Source: Auanema rhodensis
Taxonomy: Eukaryota > Animalia > Nematoda
DNA: 64,000 nt
NCBI GenBank assembly: GCA_964057225.1
Contig: OZ059896.1
Coordinates: 4,650,001-4,714,000, forward strand
Reading direction: 5' to 3'
The notes under the pieces were generated by a model. That model was not told the origin of the DNA. It worked only from the letters and a program-made list of their open reading frames with translations, and did not search any database. Shown in pieces: positions 1 through 10,521 of this stretch. The position numbers and the translations under genes were made by a program. The stretch's first letter is position 1. Every line of letters starts with the position of its first letter.

Positions 1-55
1 GTCGATCTATGTTATCAGATTTGCGCTAGCTTAAAAATGCACCGAGATATCAACT

Positions 56-77
56 GATATAAGTTCACACTTATATC
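56..77. other. Perfect inverted repeat in most monomers (9-bp arms, 4-nt loop)
   Basis: GATATAAGT (56-64), TCAC, ACTTATATC (69-77). It overlaps a second dyad, ATATCA-AC-TGATAT (47-60). Confidence 0.9.
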
Positions 78-151
78 CTCGATTTTCACCCTGAAGAATT
101 AATTTTTTCGTTGAATAACATTGTCCATCGTTTTTGCCTCGAAAAAAGGAA

Positions 152-223
152 TCTAAAAACATCTACTTTTTGCTAAATTATTTTGAAATTTTTCGAAAAA
201 ATTTTTGTCAAAATGTTTTTGGA
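152..223. other. A/T-tract block with a central 12-bp palindrome and imperfect flanking arms
   Basis: TTTTTCGAAAAA (189-200); ATTTTG (180-185) with CAAAAT (209-214); AAAAACAT (155-162) with ATGTTTTT (213-220). Confidence 0.85.
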
Positions 224-577
224 AGCAATTTTGAGTGTACATGGAAACTCAACATACACTAATGCATCATTTTTCAAACGATCATAACTAATTTTTGTGA
301 TGAGCGTTTCTCCATGTAGTATAGTGCATTCGATGCGGACTTTTAAGCTGCGTCGATCTATGTTATCAGATTTGCGCTAGCTTAAAAATGCACCGAGATA
401 TCAACTGATATAAGTTCACACTTATATCCTCGATTTTCACCCTGAAGAATTAATTTTTTCGTTGAATAACATTGTCCATCGTTTTTGCCTCAAAAAAAGG
501 AATCTAAAAACATCTACTTTTTGCGAAATTATTTTGAAATTTTTCGAAAAAATTTTGTCAAAATGTTTTTGGAAGCA

Positions 578-605
578 ATGTTGAGTGTACATGGAAACTC
601 AACAT
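578..605. other. Inverted repeat (9-bp arms, 10-nt loop), perfect only in the G230 allele
   Basis: ATGTTGAGT (578-586), GTACATGGAA, ACTCAACAT (597-605). The T230 allele introduces one mismatch. Confidence 0.85.
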
Positions 606-688
606 ACACTAATGCATCATTTTTCAAACGATCATAACTAATTTTTGTGATGAGCGTTTCTCCATGTAGTATAATGCATTCGATGCGG

Positions 689-739
689 ATTTTTAAGCTG
701 CGTCGATCTGTGTTATCAGATTTGCGCTAGCTTAAAAAT
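689..739. other. Long imperfect inverted repeat (51 bp) present once per monomer
   Basis: ATTTTTAAGCT (689-699) with AGCTTAAAAAT (729-739). Inner arms are GCG/CGC and ATCTG (706-710)/CAGAT (717-721) around a TGTTAT loop. Confidence 0.9.
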
Positions 740-3700
740 GCACCGAGATATCAACTGATATAAGTTCACACTTATATCCTCGATTTTCACCCTGAAGAAT
801 TAATTTTTTCGTTGAATAACATTGCCCATCGTTTTTGCCTTGAAAGAAGGAATCTAAAAACATCTACTTTTTGCTAAATTATTTTGAAATTTTTCGAAAA
901 AATTTTTGTCAAAATGTTTTTGGAAGCAATTTTGAGTGTACATGGAAACTCAACATACACTAATGCATCATTTTTCAAACGATCATAACTAATTTTTGTA
1001 TTAAGCTTTTCTTAATGTAGTATAGTGCATTCGATGCGGACTTTTAAGCTGCGTCGATCTGTGTTATCAGATTTGCGCTAGCTTAAAAATGCACCGAGAT
1101 ATCAACTGATATAAGTTCACACTTATATCCTCGATTTTCACCCTGAAGAATTAATTTTTTCGTTGAATAACATTGTCCATCGTTTTTGCCTTGAAAGAAG
1201 GAATCTAAAAACATCTACTTTTTGCTAAATTATTTTGAAATTTTTCGAAAAAATTTTTGTCAAAATGTTTTTGGAAGCAATTTTGAGTGTACATGGAAAC
1301 TCAACATACACTAATGCATCATTTTTCAAACGATCATAACTAATTTTTGTATTAAGCTTTTCTTAATGTAGTATAGTGCATTCGATGCGGACTTTTAAGC
1401 TGCGTCGATCTGTGTTATCAGATTTGCGCTAGCTTAAAAATGCACCGAGATATCAACTGATATAAGTTCACACTTATATCCTCGATTTTCACCCTGAAGA
1501 ATTAATTTTTTCGTTGAATAACATTGTCCATCGTTTTTGCCTTGAAAGAAGGAATCTAAAAACATCTACTTTTTGCTAAATTATTTTGAAATTTTTCGAA
1601 AAAATTTTTGTCAAAATGTTTTTGGAAGCAATTTTGAGTGTACATGGAAACTCAACATACACTAATGCATCATTTTTCAAACGATCATAACTAATTTTTG
1701 TGATGAGCGTTTCTCCATGTAGTATAATGCATTCGATGCGGATTTTTAAGCTGCGTCGATCTGTGTTATCAGATTTGCGCTAGCTTAAAAATGCACCGAG
1801 ATATCAACTGATATAAGTTCACTCTTATATCCTCGATTTTCACCCTGAAGAATTAATTTTTTCGTTGAATAACATTGTCCATCGTTTTTGCCTTGAAAGA
1901 AGGAATCTAAAAACATCTACTTTTTGCTAAATTATTTTGAAATTTTTCGAAAAAATTTTTGTCAAAATGTTTTTGGAAGCAATGTTGAGTGTACATGGAA
2001 ACTCAACATACACTAATGCATCATTTTTCAAACGATCATAACTAATTTTTGTATTAAGCTTTTCTCAATGTAATATAGTGCATTCGATGCGGTTTTTTAA
2101 GCTGCGTCGATCTGTGTTATCAGATTTGCGCTAGCTTAAAAATGCACCGAGATATTAACTGATATAAGTTCACACTTATATCCTCGATTTTCACCCTGAA
2201 GAATTAATTTTTTCGTTGAATAACATTGTCCATCGTTTTTGCCTCAAAAAAAGGAATCTAAAAACATCTACTTTTTGCGAAATTATTTTGAAATTTTTCG
2301 AAAAAATTTTGTCAAAATGTTTTTGGAAGCAATGTTGAGTGTACATGGAAACTCAACATACACTAATGCATCATTTTTCAAACGATCATAACTAATTTTT
2401 GTGATGAGCGTTTCTCCATGTAGTATAATGCATTCGATGCGGATTTTTAAGCTGCGTCGATCTGTGTTATCAGATTTGCGCTAGCTTAAAAATGCACCGA
2501 GATATCAACTGATATAAGTTCACACTTATATCCTCGATTTTCACCCTGAAGAATTAATTTTTTCGTTGAATAACATTGCCCATCGTTTTTGCCTTGAAAG
2601 AAGGAATCTAAAAACATCTACTTTTTGCTAAATTATTTTGAAATTTTTCGAAAAAATTTTTGTCAAAATGTTTTTGGAAGCAATTTTGAGTGTACATGGA
2701 AACTCAACATACACTAATGCATCATTTTTCAAACGATCATAACTAATTTTTGTATTAAGCTTTTCTTAATGTAGTATAGTGCATTCGATGCGGACTTTTA
2801 AGCTGCGTCGATCTGTGTTATCAGATTTGCGCTAGCTTAAAAATGCACCGAGATATCAACTGATATAAGTTCACACTTATATCCTCGATTTTCACCCTGA
2901 AGAATTAATTTTTTCGTTGAATAACATTGTCCATCGTTTTTGCCTTGAAAAAAGGAATCTAAAAACATCTACTTTTTGCTAAATTATTTTGAAATTTTTC
3001 GAAAAAATTTTTGTCAAAATGTTTTTGGAAGCAATTTTGAGTGTACATGGAAACTCAACATACACTAATGCATCATTTTTCAAACGATCATAACTAATTT
3101 TTGTATTAAGCTTTTCTCAATGTAGTATAGTGCATTCGATGCGGACTTTTAAGCTGCGTCGATCTGTGTTATCAGATTTGCGCTAGCTTAAAAATGCACC
3201 GAGATATCAACTGATATAAGTTCACACTTATATCCTCGATTTTCACCCTGAAGAATTAATTTTTTCGTTGAATAACATTGTCCATCGTTTTTGCCTTGAA
3301 AGAAGGAATCTAAAAACATCTACTTTTTGCTAAATTATTTTGAAATTTTTCGAAAAAATTTTTGTCAAAATGTTTTTGGAAGCAATTTTGAGTGTACATG
3401 GAAACTCAACATACACTAATGCATCATTTTTCAAACGATCATAACTAATTTTTGTGATGAGCGTTTCTCCATGTAGTATAATGCATTCGATGCGGATTTT
3501 TAAGCTGCGTCGATCTGTGTTATCAGATTTGCGCTAGCTTAAAAATGCACCGAGATATCAACTGATATAAGTTCACTCTTATATCCTCGATTTTCACCCT
3601 GAAGAATTAATTTTTTCGTTGAATAACATTGTCCATCGTTTTTGCCTTGAAAGAAGGAATCTAAAAACATCTACTTTTTGCTAAATTATTTTGAAATTTT

Positions 3701-4560
3701 TCGAAAAAATTTTTGTCAAAATGTTTTTGGAAGCAATGTTGAGTGTACATGGAAACTCAACATACACTAATGCATCATTTTTCAAACGATCATAACTAAT
3801 TTTTGTATTAAGCTTTTCTCAATGTAATATAGTGCATTCGATGCGGTTTTTTAAGCTGCGTCGATCTGTGTTATCAGATTTGCGCTAGCTTAAAAATGCA
3901 CCGAGATATTAACTGATATAAGTTCACACTTATATCCTCGATTTTCACCCTGAAGAATTAATTTTTTCGTTGAATAACATTGTCCATCGTTTTTGCCTCA
4001 AAAAAAGGAATCTAAAAACATCTACTTTTTGCGAAATTATTTTGAAATTTTTCGAAAAAATTTTGTCAAAATGTTTTTGGAAGCAATGTTGAGTGTACAT
4101 GGAAACTCAACATACACTAATGCATCATTTTTCAAACGATCATAACTAATTTTTGTGATGAGCGTTTCTCCATGTAGTATAATGCATTCGATGCGGATTT
4201 TTAAGCTGCGTCGATCTGTGTTATCAGATTTGCGCTAGCTTAAAAATGCACCGAGATATCAACTGATATAAGTTCACACTTATATCCTCGATTTTCACCC
4301 TGAAGAATTAATTTTTTCGTTGAATAACATTGCCCATCGTTTTTGCCTTGAAAGAAGGAATCTAAAAACATCTACTTTTTGCTAAATTATTTTGAAATTT
4401 TTCGAAAAAATTTTTGTCAAAATGTTTTTGGAAGAAATTTTGAGTGTACATGGAAACTCAACATACACTAATGCATCATTTTTCAAACGATCATAACTAA
4501 TTTTTGTATTAAGCTTTTCTTAATGTAGTATAGTGCATTCGATGCGGACTTTTAAGCTGC

Positions 4561-7500
4561 GTCGATCTGTGTTATCAGATTTGCGCTAGCTTAAAAATGC
4601 ACCGAGATATCAACTGATATAAGTTCACACTTATATCCTCGATTTTCACCCTGAAGAATTAATTTTTTCGTTGAATAACATTGTCCATCGTTTTTGCCTT
4701 GAAAGAAGGAATCTAAAAACATCTACTTTTTGCTAAATTATTTTGAAATTTTTCGAAAAAATTTTTGTCAAAATGTTTTTGGAAGCAATTTTGAGTGTAC
4801 ATGGAAACTCAACATACACTAATGCATTATTTTTCAAACAATCATAACTAATTTTTGTATTAAGTATTCCTCAATGTAATATAGTGCATTCGATGCGGAT
4901 TTTTAAGCTGCGTCGATCTGTGTTATCAGATTTGCGCTAGCTTAAAAATGCACCGAGATATCAACTGATATAAGTTCACACTTATATCCTCGATTTTCAC
5001 CCTGAAGAATTAATTTTTTCGTTGAATAACATTGTCCATCGTTTTTGCCTTGAAAAAAGGAATCTAAAAACATCTACGTTTTGCTAAATTATTTTGAAAT
5101 TTTTCGAAAAAATTTTTGTCAAAATGTTTTTGGAAGCAATTTTGAGTGTACATGGAAACTCAACATACACTAATGCATCATTTTTCAAACGATCATAACT
5201 AATTTTTGTATTGAGCGTTTCTTAATGTATTATAGTGCATTCGATGCGGATTTTTAAGCTGCTTCGATCTGTGTTATCAGATTTGCGCTAGCTTAAAAAT
5301 GCACCGAGATATCAACTGATATAAGTTCACACTTATATCCTCGATTTTCACCCTGAAGAATTAATTTTTTCGTTGAATAACATTGTCCATCGTTTTTGCC
5401 TCGAAAAAAGGAATCTAAAAACATCTACTTTTTGCTAAATTATTTTGAAATTTTTCGAAAAAATTTTTGTCAAAATGTTTTTGGAAGCAATTTTGAGTGT
5501 ACATGGAAACTCAACATACACTAATGCATCATTTTTCAAACGATCATAACTAATTTTTGTATTAAGCTTTTCTTAATGTAGTATAGTGCATTCGATGCGG
5601 ACTTTTAAGCTGCGTCGATCTATGTTATCAGATTTGCGCTAGCTTAAAAATGCACCGAGATATTAACTGATATAAGTTCACACTTATATCCTCGATTTTC
5701 ACCCTGAAGAATTAATTTTTTCGTTGAATAACATTGTCCATCGTTTTTGCCTCAAAAAAAAGAATCTAAAAACATCTACTTTTTGCGAAATTATTCTGAA
5801 ATTTTTCGAAAAAATTTTGTCAAAATGTTTTTGGAAGCAATGTTGAGTGTACATGGAAACTCAACATACACTAATGCATCATTTTTCAAACGATCATAAC
5901 TAATTTTTGTGATGAGCGTTTCTCCATGTAGTATAATGCATTCGATGCGGATTTTTAAGCTGCGTCGATCTGTGTTATCAGATTTGCGCTAGCTTAAAAA
6001 TGCACCGAGATATCAACTGATAAAAGTTCACTCTTATATCCTCGATTTTCACCCTGAAGAATTAATTTTTTCGTTGAATAACATTGTCCATCGTTTTTGC
6101 CTTGAAAGAAGGAATCTAAAAACATCTACTTTTTGCTAAATTATTTTGAAATTTTTCGAAAAAATTTTTGTCAAAATGTTTTTGGAAGCAATGTTGAGTG
6201 TACATGGAAACTCAACATACACTAATGCATCATTTTTCAAACGATCATAACTAATTTTTGTATTAAGCTTTTCTCAATGTAATATAGTGCATTCGATGCG
6301 GTTTTTTAAGCTGCGTCGATCTGTGTTATCAGATTTGCGCTAGCTTAAAAATGCACCGAGATATTAACTTATATAAGTTCACACTTATATCCTCGATTTT
6401 CACCCTGAAGAATTAATTTTTTCGTTGAATAACATTGTCCATCGTTTTTGCCTTGAAAGAAGGAATCTAAAAACATCTACTTTTTGCTAAATTATTTTGA
6501 AATTTTTCGAAAAAATTTTTGTCAAAATGTTTTTGGAAGCAATTTTGAGTGTACATGGAAACTCAACATACACTAATGCATCATTTTTCAAACAATCATA
6601 ACTAATTTTTGTATTAAGCTTTCCTCAATGTAATATAGTGCATTCGATGCGGATTTTTAAGCTGCGTCGATCTGTGTTATCAGATTTGCGCTAGCTTAAA
6701 AATGCACCGAGATATCAACTGATATAAGTTCACACTTATATCCTCGATTTTCACCCTGAAGAATTAATTTTTTCGTTGAATAACATTGTCCATCGTTTTT
6801 GCCTTGAAAAAAGGAATCTAAAAACATCTACTTTTTGCTAAATTATTTTGAAATTTTTCGAAAAAATTTTTGTCAAAATGTTTTTGGAAGCAATTTTGAG
6901 TGTACATGGAAACTCAACATACACTAATGCATCATTTTTCAAACGATCATAACTAATTTTTGTATTGAGCGTTTCTTAATGTATTATAGTGCATTCGATG
7001 CGGATTTTTAAGCTGCTTCGATCTGTGTTATCAGATTTGCGCTAGCTTAAAAATGCACCGAGATATCAACTGATATAAGTTCACACTTATATCCTCGATT
7101 TTCACCCTGAAGAATTAATTTTTTCGTTGAATAACATTGTCCATCGTTTTTGCCTCGAAAAAAGGAATCTAAAAACATCTACTTTTTGCTAAATTATTTT
7201 GAAATTTTTCGAAAAAATTTTTGTCAAAATGTTTTTGGAAGCAATTTTGAGTGTACATGGAAACTCAACATACACTAATGCATCATTTTTCAAACGATCA
7301 TAACTAATTTTTGTATTAAGCTTTTCTTAATGTAGTATAGTGCATTCGATGCGGACTTTTAAGCTGCGTCGATCTATGTTATCAGATTTGCGCTAGCTTA
7401 AAAATGCACCGAGATATTAACTGATATAAGTTCACACTTATATCCTCGATTTTCACCCTGAAGAATTAATTTTTTCGTTGAATAACATTGTCCATCGTTT

Positions 7501-8068
7501 TTGCCTCAAAAAAAGGAATCTAAAAACATCTACTTTTTGCGAAATTATTCTGAAATTTTTCGAAAAAATTTTGTCAAAATGTTTTTGGAAGCAATGTTGA
7601 GTGTACATGGAAACTCAACATACACTAATGCATCATTTTTCAAACGATCATAACTAATTTTTGTGATGAGCGTTTCTCCATGTAGTATAATGCATTCGAT
7701 GCGGATTTTTAAGCTGCGTCGATCTGTGTTATCAGATTTGCGCTAGCTTAAAAATGCACCGAGATATCAACTGATAAAAGTTCACTCTTATATCCTCGAT
7801 TTTCACCCTGAAGAATTAATTTTTTCGTTGAATAACATTGTCCATCGTTTTTGCCTTGAAAGAAGGAATCTAAAAACATCTACTTTTTGCTAAATTATTT
7901 TGAAATTTTTCGAAAAAATTTTTGTCAAAATGTTTTTGGAAGCAATGTTGAGTGTACATGGAAACTCAACATACACTAATGCATCATTTTTCAAACGATC
8001 ATAACTAATTTTTGTATTAAGCTTTTCTCAATGTTATATAGTGCATTCGATGCGGTTTTTTAAGCTGC
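4561..8068. repeat. 5-mer higher-order repeat B (1754 bp), about 2 copies
   Basis: The private variant GATAAAAGTTCACTC occurs at 6023 and 7777 (1754 apart). Monomer types match in order: 4912/6666, 5263/7017, 5614/7368, 5964/7718. Confidence 0.88.
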
Positions 8069-10521
8069 GTCGATCTGTGTTATCAGATTTGCGCTAGCTT
8101 AAAAATGCACCGAGATATTAACTGATATAAGTTCACACTTATATCCTCGATTTTCACCCTGAAGAATTAATTTTTTCGTTGAATAACATTGTCCATCGTT
8201 TTTGCCTCAAAAAAAGGAATCTAAAAACATCTACTTTTTGCGAAATTATTTTGAAATTTTTCGAAAAAATTTTGTCAAAATGTTTTTGGAAGCAATGTTG
8301 AGTGTACATGGAAACTGAACATACACTAATGCATCATTTTTCAAACGATCATAACTAATTTTTGTGATGAGCGTTTCTCCATGTAGTATAATGCATTCGA
8401 TGCGGATTTTTAAGCTGCGTCGATCTGTGTTATCAGATTTGCGCTAGCTTAAAAATGCACCGAGATATCAACTGATATAAGTTCACACTTATATCCTCGA
8501 TTTTCACCCTGAAGAATTAATTTTTTCGTTGAATAACATTGTCCATCGTTTTTGCCTTGAAAGAAGGAATCTAAAAACATCTACTTTTTGCTAAATTATT
8601 TTGAAATTTTTCGAAAAAATTTTTGTCAAAATGTTTTTGGAAGCAATTTTGAGTGTACATGGAAACTCAACATACACTAATGCATCATTTTTCAAACAAT
8701 CATAACTAATTTTTGTATTAAGCTTTTCTCAATAAAATATAGTGCATTCGATGCGGATTTTTAAGCTGCGTCGATCTGTGTTATCAGATTTGCGCTAGCT
8801 TAAAAATGCACCGAGATATCAACTGATATAAGTTCACACTTATATCCTCGATTTTCACCCTGAAGAATTAATTTCTTCGTTGAATAACATTGTCCATCGT
8901 TTTTGCCTTGAAAAAAGGAATCTAAAAACATCTACTTTTTGCTAAATTATTTTGAAATTTTTCGAAAAAATTTTTGTCAAAATGTTTTTGGAAGCAATTT
9001 TGAGTGTACATGGAAACTCAACATACACTAATGCATCATTTTTCAAACGATCATAACTAATTTTTGTATTGAGCGTTTCTTAATGTATTATAGTGCATTC
9101 GATGCGGATTTTTAAGCTGCTTCGATCTGTGTTATCAGATTTGCGCTAGCTTAAAAATGCACCGAGATATCAACTGATATAAGTTCACACCTATATCCTC
9201 GATTTTCACCCTGAAGAATTAATTTTTTCGTTGAATAACATTGTCCATCGTTTTTGCCTCGAAAAAAGGAATCTAAAAACATCTACTTTTTGCTAAATTA
9301 TTTTGAAATTTTTCGAAAAAATTTTTGTCAAAATGTTTTTGGAAGCAATTTTGAGTGTACATGGAAACTCAACATACACTAATGCATCATTTTTCAAACG
9401 ATCATAACTAATTTTTGTATTAAGCTTTTCTTAATGTAGTATAGTGCATTCGATGCGGACTTTTAAGCTGCGTCGATCTATGTTATCAGATTTGCGCTAG
9501 CTTAAAAATGCACCGAGATATTAACTGATATAAGTTCACACTTATATCCTCGATTTTCACCCTGAAGAATTAATTTTTTCGTTGAATAACATTGTCCATC
9601 GTTTTTGCCTCAAAAAAAGGAATCTAAAAACATCTACTTTTTGCGAAATTATTCTGAAATTTTTCGAAAAAATTTTGTCAAAATGTTTTTGGAAGCAATG
9701 TTGAGTGTACATGGAAACTCAACATACACTAATGCATCATTTTTCAAACGATCATAACTAATTTTTGTATTAAGCTTTTCTCAATGTAATATAGTGCATT
9801 CGATGCGGTTTTTTAAGCTGCGTCGATCTGTACTATCAGATTTGCGCTAGCTTGAAAATGCACCGAGATATGAACTGATATAAGTTCACACTTATATCCT
9901 CGATTTTCACCCTGAAGAATTAATTTTTTCGTTGAATAACATTGTCCATCGTTTTTGCCTCAAAAAAAGGAATCTAAAAACATCTACTTTTTGCGAAATT
10001 ATTCTGAAATTTTTCGAAAAAATTTTGTCAAAATGTTTTTGGAAGCAATGTTGAGTGTACATGGAAACTCAACATACACTAATGCATCATTTTTCAAACG
10101 ATCATAACTAATTTTTGTATTAAGCTTTTCTCAATGTAATATAGTGCATTCGATGCGGTTTTTTAAGCTGCGTCGATCTGTGTTATCAGATTTGCGCTAG
10201 CTTAAAAATGCACCGAGATATTAACTGATATAAGTTCACACTTATATCCTCGATTTTCACCCTGAAGAATTAATTTTTTCGTTGAATAACATTGTCCATC
10301 GTTTTTGCCTCAAAAAAAGGAATCTAAAAACATCTACTTTTTGCGAAATTATTTTGAAATTTTTCGAAAAAATTTTGTCAAAATGTTTTTGGAAGCAATG
10401 TTGAGTGTACATGGAAACTCAACATACACTAATGCATCATTTTTCAAACGATCATAACTAATTTTTGTGATGAGCGTTTCTCCATGTAGTATAATGCATT
10501 CGATGCGGATTTTTAAGCTGC

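Larger units (their letters stand above)
1..351. repeat. Representative 351-bp monomer (phase arbitrary)
   Basis: The sequence restarts at 352. Hand counts give 112 G+C and 13 CpG including the junction. Recurrent variable positions are 1, 9, 51, 69, 124, 140-145, 174, 202-206 (T5/T4), 230, 280, 299-324 and 339-340. Confidence 0.98.
352..4560. repeat. 5-mer higher-order repeat A (1754 bp), about 2.4 copies
   Basis: Short monomers start at 352, 2106 and 3860. ATTGCCC monomers start at 702, 2456 and 4210. CACTC/GGTT monomers start at 1755 and 3509. All are spaced 1754 bp. Confidence 0.9.

Noticed and set aside
106-122. CENP-B box-like motif TTTCGTTGAATAACATT
   Set aside because: It matches the 5' half of YTTCGTTGGAARCGGGA but lacks CGGG, giving only 5 of the 9 essential positions.
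1-351. Monomer as a diverged dimer of about 175-bp subunits
   Set aside because: No direct similarity between the halves is visible by eye. A sensitive self-alignment would be needed to exclude an ancient duplication.
1-351. 5S rRNA, tRNA, snRNA or spliced-leader tandem gene array
   Set aside because: No 5S or tRNA conserved motifs, cloverleaf, convincing Pol III A/B boxes or known leader sequence were recognised. A cmscan against Rfam would be the definitive test.
1-351. Drosophila 359-bp (1.688) satellite or primate alpha satellite
   Set aside because: The length differs and I see no similarity to those consensus sequences as I recall them, so no family name is assigned.
706-731. Helitron 3' end (hairpin followed by CTAG)
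   Set aside because: The stem is only 5 bp and not GC-rich, CTAG is followed by C rather than the target T, and it lies inside a larger dyad. This is insufficient support.
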